IMG/VR virus record: IMGVR_UViG_3300045988_141072
Coordinates: 64,001-128,000 of that record
From: a virus
Reading direction: 5' to 3' (one strand)
DNA: 64,000 nucleotides
The notes below the pieces were generated by a model that saw only the letters and a program-made list of their open reading frames with translations, was not told where the DNA came from and did no database searches. Below are positions 11,244-19,308 of this stretch, in pieces. Both the position numbers and the translations under genes were made by a program. Each line of letters begins with the position of its first letter. Within the stretch, counting starts at the first letter, position 1.

Positions 11244-11684
11244 ATGAAGCTTAATCCTGATTGCATGAGAATTATACTTAAATACTGTGTAGAACATATT
11301 GATTATAAAGACATTGGTCTTAATCAGTGGCATGAAAATTCTGTTACACTTGCTATGCTATATAATAGTGATGAACTCAAAGAGTTTGAGAAGAAAGAAA
11401 TTATGTATTCTGTAATGAAACTTTATGAGTATAGGTTTATTACCGTATCTAAAATTCAGCCAACAAACGGACAACAATATTTTGACAGTTGTGAAATAAC
11501 AGACGTAACGGTTTATGGTCACGACTTTTATAATTCTATTCAAGAAGATACCATCTGGAATAAAACTAAAAATGTTGTTGGTCAAGTTGGAAATCACACA
11601 TTGAAGTTCATCGAAGATGCTGCTCAAAAAATTGCAATTGAGTCTGCGAAACAAGCTGTAACTATTACGATGATGCAAAAATAA
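11244..11684 (+). CDS. DUF2513-like winged-helix protein
   Basis: ATG after GGAGGT RBS. ...VTVYGHDFYNSIQEDTIWNKTK matches the GHDFLD..r.D..W.k motif as I remember it. Followed by hairpin plus T-run at 11708-11736. Confidence 0.5.
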   Translation: MKLNPDCMRIILKYCVEHIDYKDIGLNQWHENSVTLAMLYNSDELKEFEKKEIMYSVMKLYEYRFITVSKIQPTNGQQYFDSCEITDVTVYGHDFYNSIQEDTIWNKTKNVVGQVGNHTLKFIEDAAQKIAIESAKQAVTITMMQK

Positions 11685-12033
11685 TATTTAGATCAAATAG
11701 AATAGAAGAGTAGTGAGAAATTACTACTCTTTTTTAGACAAAAAAGAGCAACTATAAACATATAGTTGCTCATAAAAGAAATATCTTTTTATATAATTCA
11801 CTGGCTCAATGCCAAATAGCGTTAGGAAAATGGTAATCCTAACATATCAATTCACTGTCCTTATTGACTATTTAACTATGACACATTTATTCTTTTTCGT
11901 CAACAATGTTCTTTTTCAATTGTATTATATGCGATATGAGCCAAGTGTAATAGTTGTGGGCATACTTGATAGAAGAAGAACAATAGAAGAGGAGTAGACT
12001 ATATCGCCGCTCTTTGCTTTTATGTAAAATAAA

Positions 12034-12062
12034 ATGAGAGCAGGTCACACCTACTCTCATTC
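12034..12062 (-). terminator. intrinsic terminator downstream of DUF3800 gene and GGTCACACCT motifs
   Basis: Minus strand AUGAGAGUAGGUGUGACCUGCUCUCAU followed by UUUAUUUU. Its loop contains a third copy of the GGUGUGACC core. Confidence 0.55.
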
Positions 12063-12145
12063 TTTCTACTGATGATATTTATCTCCCTGCTTCGTGGTCA
12101 CACCTCTATCAGTTCGACTACCGTACCTCGTGGTCACACCTCTAT
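12043..12145 (-). repeat. three copies of GGTCACACCT core; two 17-nt copies (CGTGGTCACACCTCTAT) exactly 36 bp apart
   Basis: Copies at 12043-12052, 12093-12109, 12129-12145 read directly from the sequence. They lie between the DUF3800 stop and the terminator. Confidence 0.7.
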
Positions 12146-12192
12146 TACGGTATTAATATCATAATAAATATATTCTATGATGTCAATGTTTA

Positions 12193-12918
12193 TCATAAAA
12201 TATTTTTTATTCCCAATATCTCCTTATATTCTGTATCTACATTATAAATTTTAGCTCCTAGTATTTTTGCTAATTTATGAAAATCTTTTTTAACATTCGC
12301 ATTATATCTAAGCATTTGTGATGGAACTATATCTGCTATTTGCAAACCAATGCAATTATCACCTTTCACAGTAAAACCAATAGAAGATAAGTAGTTACTA
12401 ACTTCTTTTTCATCAAAATAAATAGAGCCATTTTGTAAATATCTATAAAAGACATCTAAGACATTTTTATTTTCATTAAAGCAACGTGACTCAACACAAA
12501 TTTGACCATAACCACCTTTATCTCTTAGATAATATGTAAACATATCTAATAAATGATAAAATCCAATATTATAATTATTACCGGCTTTCCCATATCGCAA
12601 TTTAGACATTTTATTATTATCAAAGTAAATACATAAAATATCAAGTTTTGCCTCTGATAGAAGTTTTGCGTAATCATCCCAAAACGGTTTTCTTATCTTT
12701 TCATCTTGTAGACAAGCAAAATCTTTTTTATTCTTTCGCATATCGGTATAGTGAAAAACAATATCGGTACGACCAAAATGTTTTTGCTTTAATTGGTTTA
12801 CAAGTTTTGTTAATTCCTTTTCGTAATATTCTCTCTCAACGACAATTCCAGCAAAACAAAAGTTTGAATAATGTTTATCTGGTTTAGTTTCGTCAACAAA
12901 GAGCAAATAATCAGCCAT
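12193..12918 (-). CDS. DUF3800-family protein
   Basis: ATG 7 nt after GGAGA. N-terminal LLFVDETKP (DE[ST] motif) and C-terminal LQIADIV motif, as I recall for DUF3800. Confidence 0.6.
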   Translation of the reverse strand: MADYLLFVDETKPDKHYSNFCFAGIVVEREYYEKELTKLVNQLKQKHFGRTDIVFHYTDMRKNKKDFACLQDEKIRKPFWDDYAKLLSEAKLDILCIYFDNNKMSKLRYGKAGNNYNIGFYHLLDMFTYYLRDKGGYGQICVESRCFNENKNVLDVFYRYLQNGSIYFDEKEVSNYLSSIGFTVKGDNCIGLQIADIVPSQMLRYNANVKKDFHKLAKILGAKIYNVDTEYKEILGIKNIL

Positions 12919-13052
12919 AATATATTCTCCAATCATTAGTATTATAATTCCCCATTATATACCAATAATCGACAGAATACTATTCAGAACGTTTGTTTAT
13001 AGGTGAATAGAATAGAAGAGTAATGAGAAATTGTTGCATAATAAAAGACACC

Positions 13053-13589
13053 TTAGTTGGTGTCTTTATTGTTTTGGTACATCTTTGCTAATTGCTCCAT
13101 ACCTTTGAAATCAATGCAACGCTTGGAAATAGTATTTTCTGGTTTATCATATTTTAGACTATAAAGCTCCAAAGCCTTAGTACCTAAGTCTAATTTGTTG
13201 ATTGCCTTCAGCTCTGAATCTAACAGATTAATATATCTGCTTTTAGCTTCTTCTGACTCAAAAGACCTGTATGTATCTATTTTCTTTTTCTCAAATTTTT
13301 GTGTACATTCTTTTGGAATTGGAAACATATAATTCAAATTTACGACAGCAATTAGTCTTTTTGGATTTTTGAGATCAAACAGTTTATAGAAATCTTTCTG
13401 TTGTCCCATTTTTTGATGTCGCTTTTGTGGATGAGATACTTGTGTTATATAATATAAACCGTCTTTTTCAAAAAGAACTCCGAAGAATGGCTTATATTTG
13501 TCTGTCCCATAATCTGTTTTTGGTATTCTTTTTTCTACATTTCTCAAATAATCTAAATAATTTTCATTTACATGAATCCATTTCATCAT
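13053..13589 (-). CDS. toxN: ToxN/AbiQ-family type III toxin endoribonuclease
   Basis: MKWIHVNENYLDYLRNVEKRIPKTDYG..FFGVLFEKDGLYYITQVSHPQKRH..VVNLNYMFPIP pattern parallels AbiQ/ToxN. AGGAGA RBS. Preceded by repeat array and terminator. Confidence 0.8.
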   Translation of the reverse strand: MMKWIHVNENYLDYLRNVEKRIPKTDYGTDKYKPFFGVLFEKDGLYYITQVSHPQKRHQKMGQQKDFYKLFDLKNPKRLIAVVNLNYMFPIPKECTQKFEKKKIDTYRSFESEEAKSRYINLLDSELKAINKLDLGTKALELYSLKYDKPENTISKRCIDFKGMEQLAKMYQNNKDTN

Positions 13590-13606
13590 ATGTCTCCTAA
13601 ATAAAA

Positions 13607-13625
13607 GGAGCTGTAACACAGCCCC
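13607..13625 (-). terminator. intrinsic terminator between antitoxin repeats and toxN
   Basis: Minus strand GGGGCUGU-GUU-ACAGCUCC (8 bp) followed by UUUUAUUU, then the toxN RBS. Confidence 0.75.
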
Positions 13626-13627
13626 TT

Positions 13628-13731
13628 ATTAATACGATTTTTTACATGCTTCGTAACATCTATTAATACAGTATTTTTACATGCTCTGTAACATCTATTA
13701 ATACGATTTTACGGCTTCGTAACCGCTATTA
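13628..13731 (-). ncRNA. toxI: toxI-like antitoxin RNA: 3 full and 1 partial tandem repeats of 31-35 nt
   Basis: Head-to-tail units 13628-13661, 13662-13696, 13697-13727, partial to 13731. TATAAT -10 on minus strand at 13760-13765. Confidence 0.75.
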
Positions 13732-13899
13732 TAGAAATCATTTCTGATTTCTTACTTATATTATACACAATTATGAGAAAAAATCTATGCTTTTTTTGAA
13801 AAACTTTTAAATTTTTTAAGTCAATAAAAGTCGAAAAAATACGATGAAAAATTGTATCGCATTTTTGCAAAGTATTATATAATTATTTAGGGGGGGAGA

Positions 13900-14499
13900 A
13901 CAAAAGTCCATAGATTTAATTCTGTGGGCTTTGTTTTTATGTGTGTTTCTTTCAAACTTACGGTACACACGAACCCTACTGTTGTCCTATTAACAATGTG
14001 CTATTTAATAAGGTGAGAGCAGTAACACTCTTTTACGCTTTTATATCTCAGTCACGAGAGTAGTACGATAACTACGTATGGAGTCCCTTTTACAAGCTAT
14101 CTTATGATAACTCAAAATCGTTTAGACTCTCTGAACACCTCCATTATAATATTCTCTATTATAATAGAATCCGTTGCTGATTGCCGATTTAGTTCATATA
14201 GAACCGATACTTAGGGTTGCCCCATATATCCGAATAACCTCCATTTCTAGATTTGACTTTTCTTGTTGTCACCAACATCCTTTCGGAATACATTCACGCT
14301 CGCCATTTCTAGCCACGTTGTAGTGTGTTATTTTATATATACGGTATATTTTATTTCTTCCCAGCACTGTGAGATAGCAACTCACAATTACGATTTATTT
14401 TAAAACATCTATAGGCTGACTAGACCTAATCTTCCCAACTCTTGATTGTTATCTTGAGTTAGGTGGGCATATTCAAAACAATAACAACGATTTGAAAAA
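13900..14499 (-). ncRNA. candidate structured RNA (about 600 nt) directly downstream of tape-measure proximal half
   Basis: No ORF of 60 aa or more on either strand, many stable hairpins, duplicated CUAGAAAUGG, ends in hairpin plus U-run near 13900-13935. Identity unknown. Confidence 0.3.
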
Positions 14500-17400
14500 T
14501 TACGCACTCACGTAACATTTACCGATGTTTTTAAAACTAAGACCTGCTGCAATAGCAGCAAAAATATTTGGAATCAAACGCCCATCTTTTATTACAGTAT
14601 CAAGAGCGCTAATTAATTTTCCAGCATTATCAATAGCACCCTTTAAAAAGTCTGATGATAACGCATCATTTGCTAATTCTTCTAGTTTAGCTTTTGTAAC
14701 ATCAATAGAATACTGAATTGATTTCTGATAATTTTCTTGTTCTTTTTGTGCAGAACCGGCAGAGTTTTCGGCTGTTTTATATACATTTTCTAATTGATCA
14801 ATATTCTGCATAACAGAATATAAAACATTGGCATTTCGTTTTCCAGCCAAAGCCTCTCCAAGAGAAGACTGTTCTAAGTCTGTAAGATTATTCCACTCTT
14901 TTCCTATTCCAAGTAAAATATCGTATATTGACTTAAAAGTATTTTCATCTTCCATAATATCAAATCCAGTAAGGGATTTGATCAAATCTCGTAATTTTGA
15001 AGTTGTTTTGGTATATTCATCTGTTTCTTCGCCAAGATTTTGCAATTCTGTTTCTGCACCACGAATACGTGCAGAAAGTGTCTTAAATGTTGTACCGATA
15101 CTGTCTGGATCTTGCACTACAGCATTTGCAGTAGTAACTAAAGCTATACTTTCAGATAAACTCGTGTTTGCAGCATTAAACGAAGCAGCAGAACGTTTCA
15201 AAGCTTCGCCAATACCTTGTGTGTCTATTGCATAGTGGTTCGCAACCTCATTAAATTTGTCAATTATGCTTTCGGCTTTACTTGCATCTAACTGAAAACC
15301 TTGAAGTGTTGAAATAAGATTTTCACTTGCAGTTTCTGTAGACATATTGTCGCCGACATTAACATAAAGCTGTGTCGTTTTCGCTAATTTCTCTGCGTCT
15401 GGAATAGAATAACCAAGTCTAGCCCAATCTGCTTGCAATGATACAATGTTACTAATTGAAGAACCTAAATCTTTTGCATCGACTGTCGCCTGTTCAAGAG
15501 CATTATTTAAGTCCGACTCTGTTCCGTCAGACACCTTTCTTAATTCAGTGACACTTTTATTAATTTCATTAACTAAATTAAATCCTTGCTGTAGATATCT
15601 TATCCAATCTTGCCAACTCAAAAACTGAGCAACAAACTTGCTGTTCATATCAGTAAGACGACTACCAATTTGACTAAAGAAGTTTTTGCCCATATTACCA
15701 GTTGAAGCAACATCTGCCTTTAATCCAGAAAAAGATATTTTAATCTTTTCAATTTCTTGTGCAGTTACTTTACCAGCGTTTTTAAGTTCTTCTGCATAAT
15801 CAATAATACTATCTAAATTCTGCTTCTGAGATGAAGACATATTGGTGTTTTGCGATCTAAAAATCTTCATCTGTGATATAATATCAGCAATCTTAGAATC
15901 TTGTTTAACAAGTTTATTCTCTAACAATTTTGAATCGTCAACTATTTTTTGAACTTCACTATCAATCGCCTTTAAGCGGGCAACGTCTTCTGGTTTTGTG
16001 ATATTAAGCCGCTCAATTTCTTTCATTTTTGAGCTAACTCGCTCAATAAATTCAGGAGTATATTTAGAAGCATTAGTGTATGTAGATAATTTTTGTACTT
16101 CATCATTTTGAATTTTTAAAAGACTATTATCGACTTTTTGTGCATTTTTTTGCTGAATCTCCGAAATAGTTTTATCTATTTTATCCAACTTATCCTGTGC
16201 ATTAGATAATTGTTTAGACGATAATATGGTGGCAGAACCATCTGCTTTTCCCATAATTTCATTTATTGTTTTCAATAATTCTTGGGAATCTTTTTTATCG
16301 TTATTAAATGCCTTGTCATTTGCCATTCGTTTTCTTATAGAAGCATATTCATCTATGGCAATATTTAACTCTTTGAATTTTTGAATTTGCTTGTCCGTTT
16401 TAGGTATTTTTATTTCATCTTTTCCAAAGTTTGTCAACTCATTATCAAGATTATTAATCCCCTTAGTAATAGTTCGAAATCTTTGAGAAAACATATTTCC
16501 ATCTGCGTCAATTCTTGCAGAAAATGTTTTCCAAGTTCCATCAGCGTCTTTTATTTTTGCACTTACCTTTACAAGACCATCAACAAGTTCAGTGTTTACT
16601 GTTTCTCCAAGAATTGTATATCCAGAATTTAATAACTTCTCATTAACTCTATTAGGAGAGTAATTTAAGAAATCTTCTTCTGATATTTTTTTTCTTTTTG
16701 TATATCTATCCTTTTTAGGTGGAGTAGGTGGAGTTGTATTTCCCGATGAAATATTCGATTCTTCTGATGGAAGAGTAGTATCATCTTTTGGTATTTTTAA
16801 TTTAGGAATATTTTCTATCTTTTCTACCAATGGATTTAAAGCATCAATAATTTTCTGAATAGATTTGACTTCAGCCCTTGCAGCTAATTCCATCGTATTA
16901 GCTTCTATCTTAATTGCTTCAGTTTTTATATTAATAGTAGAAGTTAAAGTATTAACAGAATCTTCTACTTTATTAAACCCTTTTGCTTCATTCGTGACAG
17001 AAGTTCCATCTTTTTTTGAATTCATCTGTTCATAGACTTTGTTCATTTTTTTAATGGTTTCTGTGTTGTCTGTTAAATCAAAAGGTGTTTTCATACCGCC
17101 AGCGTTTACATACTTTTGGTACATTTCAACTAATTCTTGAATATCTTTCTTCTGCTTAGATAAATTGATTTTACCAGATTCATCAGCAATGGATTTGAAT
17201 TTAGATTCAATAGAAGACCACTGTTTATCTACATCGCTAATAGAAGCGTCTTTGAACATTTTCCAAAATGTATTACCAATATCTCTTGTCAAATTTATCA
17301 TACGGTCAAGTCGAGAAATAACATCATCAAGAGTAGAAGATACTGATTCCAATTCATTGTCTGCTTTGTCTACAGAAGATGTATCTACTTTCTGGGAATT

Positions 17401-19293
17401 TAACTCTTTAACTTTTAAAAGAATAGTATCTATGATATTCTTGCTATCTTCAAGTTTCCCAACCCTTCCAATAGAAGACAACTCATTAGTGCCGCCCATA
17501 TTGAGATATTTATTATATTCTGAAGCAAGCTTATCCACATTTGCATTTTTTCTAAAAGTACCATCTAATTTGATAGAATTTTCAATTAACTTAGATACAT
17601 TCTTCCACTGCGTTTCGATGTCGGTGACACTACTTACACCCGATGCTCTTGCAAGAGTAGATTCTATATTCTGTAATGTCTTTAACATTGACTGCAATTC
17701 GGTTAATTGACCAAGACTTTTTGAAATTTCTTCTGCAAATTTATCAAATCCTTTAAAACTAAAATTCTTTGAATCTGCTGAATTTAATAATTCATTAACC
17801 TCTACAAGTTTGTCAGCAAGTTCATTAACCTCTTTTTTTGATTCTGCTATTTGACCTGTAATATCAATCTTTTTACCAGAATCGGAAGAAAGAAGTGCGT
17901 CTGATATTTTTTTGAATTCTTTTTCATTAAAATCAAAACATAATTTAATAGGAGAAATTTCAAATATATTTTGAATTTTACCAATTGTTTTCTTAGAATA
18001 AGAAACAGCCTCATCCATTATAGAAGTAAATGTCTTCTTATAAACACCTTCTAAATCAATAACTGCATCTTCACCAGTTTTTGCTAATTCTCTTTGATAT
18101 TTTTTTGAATAAGACTTGCTTACAGTTCCGACTTCACCTTTTTTCTCAGAAGATACTGCATTTGGTGCTACTACAAGTTTTACAGGAGCAACAACAGGAT
18201 TATTATTAAGATCATTCTGCAAATTATCAAGAATAGGAGAGAGCTTCTTCCATAATTCAGACGAAGTGGTTTCAATTGTTACACCAGTTACTAATTCTGC
18301 TGAATTTGGATTGAGTTTATCTGATATTTTTGCGGAAGCTGTTTTAGACGAAGTAGGTTTTATCATTTTTTCTAATTCTTCACGAGTTTTGATAGCCGAT
18401 TCACGAATTTCATCTAAAGTACCCTTTACGATTTTTCCATATTCAGATACTTTTTTGTCAACATTGTCATCAGAAATAAGTATTGAATCGCCAAATGTAT
18501 ATTCCCCTGTTTTATCAGGAATATCCATTAACTGTTGAATAGAATCATGTAAATCGGCAGCTTTTAATTTTAATATATTAATTTGGTTAATTGTTTTTTC
18601 AAAACCAATACTGTTTTTATCAAAGTTTGAAAGTTCCGATTCAGATTTTTCGATTAATTCAAGAGTGTTTTTTAAATCCCTGGCAAGAACATCTAATTCT
18701 GCTTGAGCTTGATCTGTATCAAATAATTCATATTTTGAACCTTTTGCATCACTGAATTCATCTGTACTTTTAAGTAGTTTATTAATTTCTTTTATCTGAG
18801 ATTTTGCTTGATTTACTGCGTTATCATCAAATGACATTAATGAAATGCCTTGATCATTAAGCTTCTTAATCATTGTATCAATAGCATTATTTGTATTCTG
18901 TACATAGTCTTGGAAATCTTTAAATTGACTACTTATTTTACTTATATCAATACCATTTCCAAGTATTTTTATTTGTGAATTTATAGTTGAAACAGCTAAA
19001 TCTAATCTATCAATTTCTGCACGAACAGATTCAAAATTCTTATTAACAGTTTGCTTAAAAGCCTTAAAACTGTTTTTATCCACTTTTCCGATACTTAAAT
19101 CAGAAAAAGATTTTTCCATATCTGCCTTAAAACGTTTTAATTCAGCAATAGTGTTATCAAATTGTGCCTTCATTCCTTTTGATAACTTATCACTTGAAGC
19201 CATCTCGGTTAAAGCAGATTCGTAATCACGAATCATCTGATTAAGCTCATTCTTATAATCAATAGCAATACTTACTACACCATCTTTTGCCAT
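14500..19293 (-). CDS. tail tape measure protein, proximal (N-terminal) portion
   Basis: 1597 aa, ATG after AAGGAGGAA RBS. Long coiled coils plus TP901-type core ...LKRSAASFNAANTSLSESIALVTTANAVVQDPDSIGTTFKTLSARIRG... Confidence 0.8.
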   Translation of the reverse strand: MAKDGVVSIAIDYKNELNQMIRDYESALTEMASSDKLSKGMKAQFDNTIAELKRFKADMEKSFSDLSIGKVDKNSFKAFKQTVNKNFESVRAEIDRLDLAVSTINSQIKILGNGIDISKISSQFKDFQDYVQNTNNAIDTMIKKLNDQGISLMSFDDNAVNQAKSQIKEINKLLKSTDEFSDAKGSKYELFDTDQAQAELDVLARDLKNTLELIEKSESELSNFDKNSIGFEKTINQINILKLKAADLHDSIQQLMDIPDKTGEYTFGDSILISDDNVDKKVSEYGKIVKGTLDEIRESAIKTREELEKMIKPTSSKTASAKISDKLNPNSAELVTGVTIETTSSELWKKLSPILDNLQNDLNNNPVVAPVKLVVAPNAVSSEKKGEVGTVSKSYSKKYQRELAKTGEDAVIDLEGVYKKTFTSIMDEAVSYSKKTIGKIQNIFEISPIKLCFDFNEKEFKKISDALLSSDSGKKIDITGQIAESKKEVNELADKLVEVNELLNSADSKNFSFKGFDKFAEEISKSLGQLTELQSMLKTLQNIESTLARASGVSSVTDIETQWKNVSKLIENSIKLDGTFRKNANVDKLASEYNKYLNMGGTNELSSIGRVGKLEDSKNIIDTILLKVKELNSQKVDTSSVDKADNELESVSSTLDDVISRLDRMINLTRDIGNTFWKMFKDASISDVDKQWSSIESKFKSIADESGKINLSKQKKDIQELVEMYQKYVNAGGMKTPFDLTDNTETIKKMNKVYEQMNSKKDGTSVTNEAKGFNKVEDSVNTLTSTINIKTEAIKIEANTMELAARAEVKSIQKIIDALNPLVEKIENIPKLKIPKDDTTLPSEESNISSGNTTPPTPPKKDRYTKRKKISEEDFLNYSPNRVNEKLLNSGYTILGETVNTELVDGLVKVSAKIKDADGTWKTFSARIDADGNMFSQRFRTITKGINNLDNELTNFGKDEIKIPKTDKQIQKFKELNIAIDEYASIRKRMANDKAFNNDKKDSQELLKTINEIMGKADGSATILSSKQLSNAQDKLDKIDKTISEIQQKNAQKVDNSLLKIQNDEVQKLSTYTNASKYTPEFIERVSSKMKEIERLNITKPEDVARLKAIDSEVQKIVDDSKLLENKLVKQDSKIADIISQMKIFRSQNTNMSSSQKQNLDSIIDYAEELKNAGKVTAQEIEKIKISFSGLKADVASTGNMGKNFFSQIGSRLTDMNSKFVAQFLSWQDWIRYLQQGFNLVNEINKSVTELRKVSDGTESDLNNALEQATVDAKDLGSSISNIVSLQADWARLGYSIPDAEKLAKTTQLYVNVGDNMSTETASENLISTLQGFQLDASKAESIIDKFNEVANHYAIDTQGIGEALKRSAASFNAANTSLSESIALVTTANAVVQDPDSIGTTFKTLSARIRGAETELQNLGEETDEYTKTTSKLRDLIKSLTGFDIMEDENTFKSIYDILLGIGKEWNNLTDLEQSSLGEALAGKRNANVLYSVMQNIDQLENVYKTAENSAGSAQKEQENYQKSIQYSIDVTKAKLEELANDALSSDFLKGAIDNAGKLISALDTVIKDGRLIPNIFAAIAAGLSFKNIGKCYVSA

Positions 19294-19308
19294 TTTAATT
19301 CCTCCTTA

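Noticed and set aside
12069-12075. Hammerhead ribozyme core (CUGAUGA)
   Set aside because: No following stem II, no GAAA element, and no stem III/cleavage site within reach
12113-12150. Group II intron domain V-like hairpin (UACCGUA...UACGGUA resembles the CCGUA/UACGG arms of domain V)
   Set aside because: The upper helix and GNRA loop are absent and there is no AGC triad. It lies 3 kb from the candidate 3' junction, so it is in the wrong place
12043-13731. CRISPR array
   Set aside because: The 13628-13731 units are contiguous, with no spacers. The 12043-12145 motif has only 2-3 copies with non-unique short intervals. No cas genes are present
9023-14480. Invertible DNA segment (Gin/Hin-type switch) defined by the 12-bp inverted repeats
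   Set aside because: Both tape-measure halves lie outside the repeats, so inversion would not join or swap coding ends. No invertase gene lies in or next to the segment. The repeat is kept only as a boundary observation in the split-gene finding
13900-14507. Group I intron core after the proximal tape-measure half
   Set aside because: I could not find an internal guide sequence pairing with the exon end, a P7/J8-7-like GAUAUAGUC element, or a terminal G next to an in-frame exon 2. A UCUAAACG string resembling the T4 td intron is too short to count
3915-18538. Plus-strand ORFs inside the tape-measure genes (3915..4307, 6501..6827, 7530..7823, 14828..15235, 17165..17710, 18116..18538 and others)
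   Set aside because: They are antisense shadows of long, compositionally biased coiled-coil coding sequence. They have no RBS and give low-complexity Ser/Phe/Leu-rich translations
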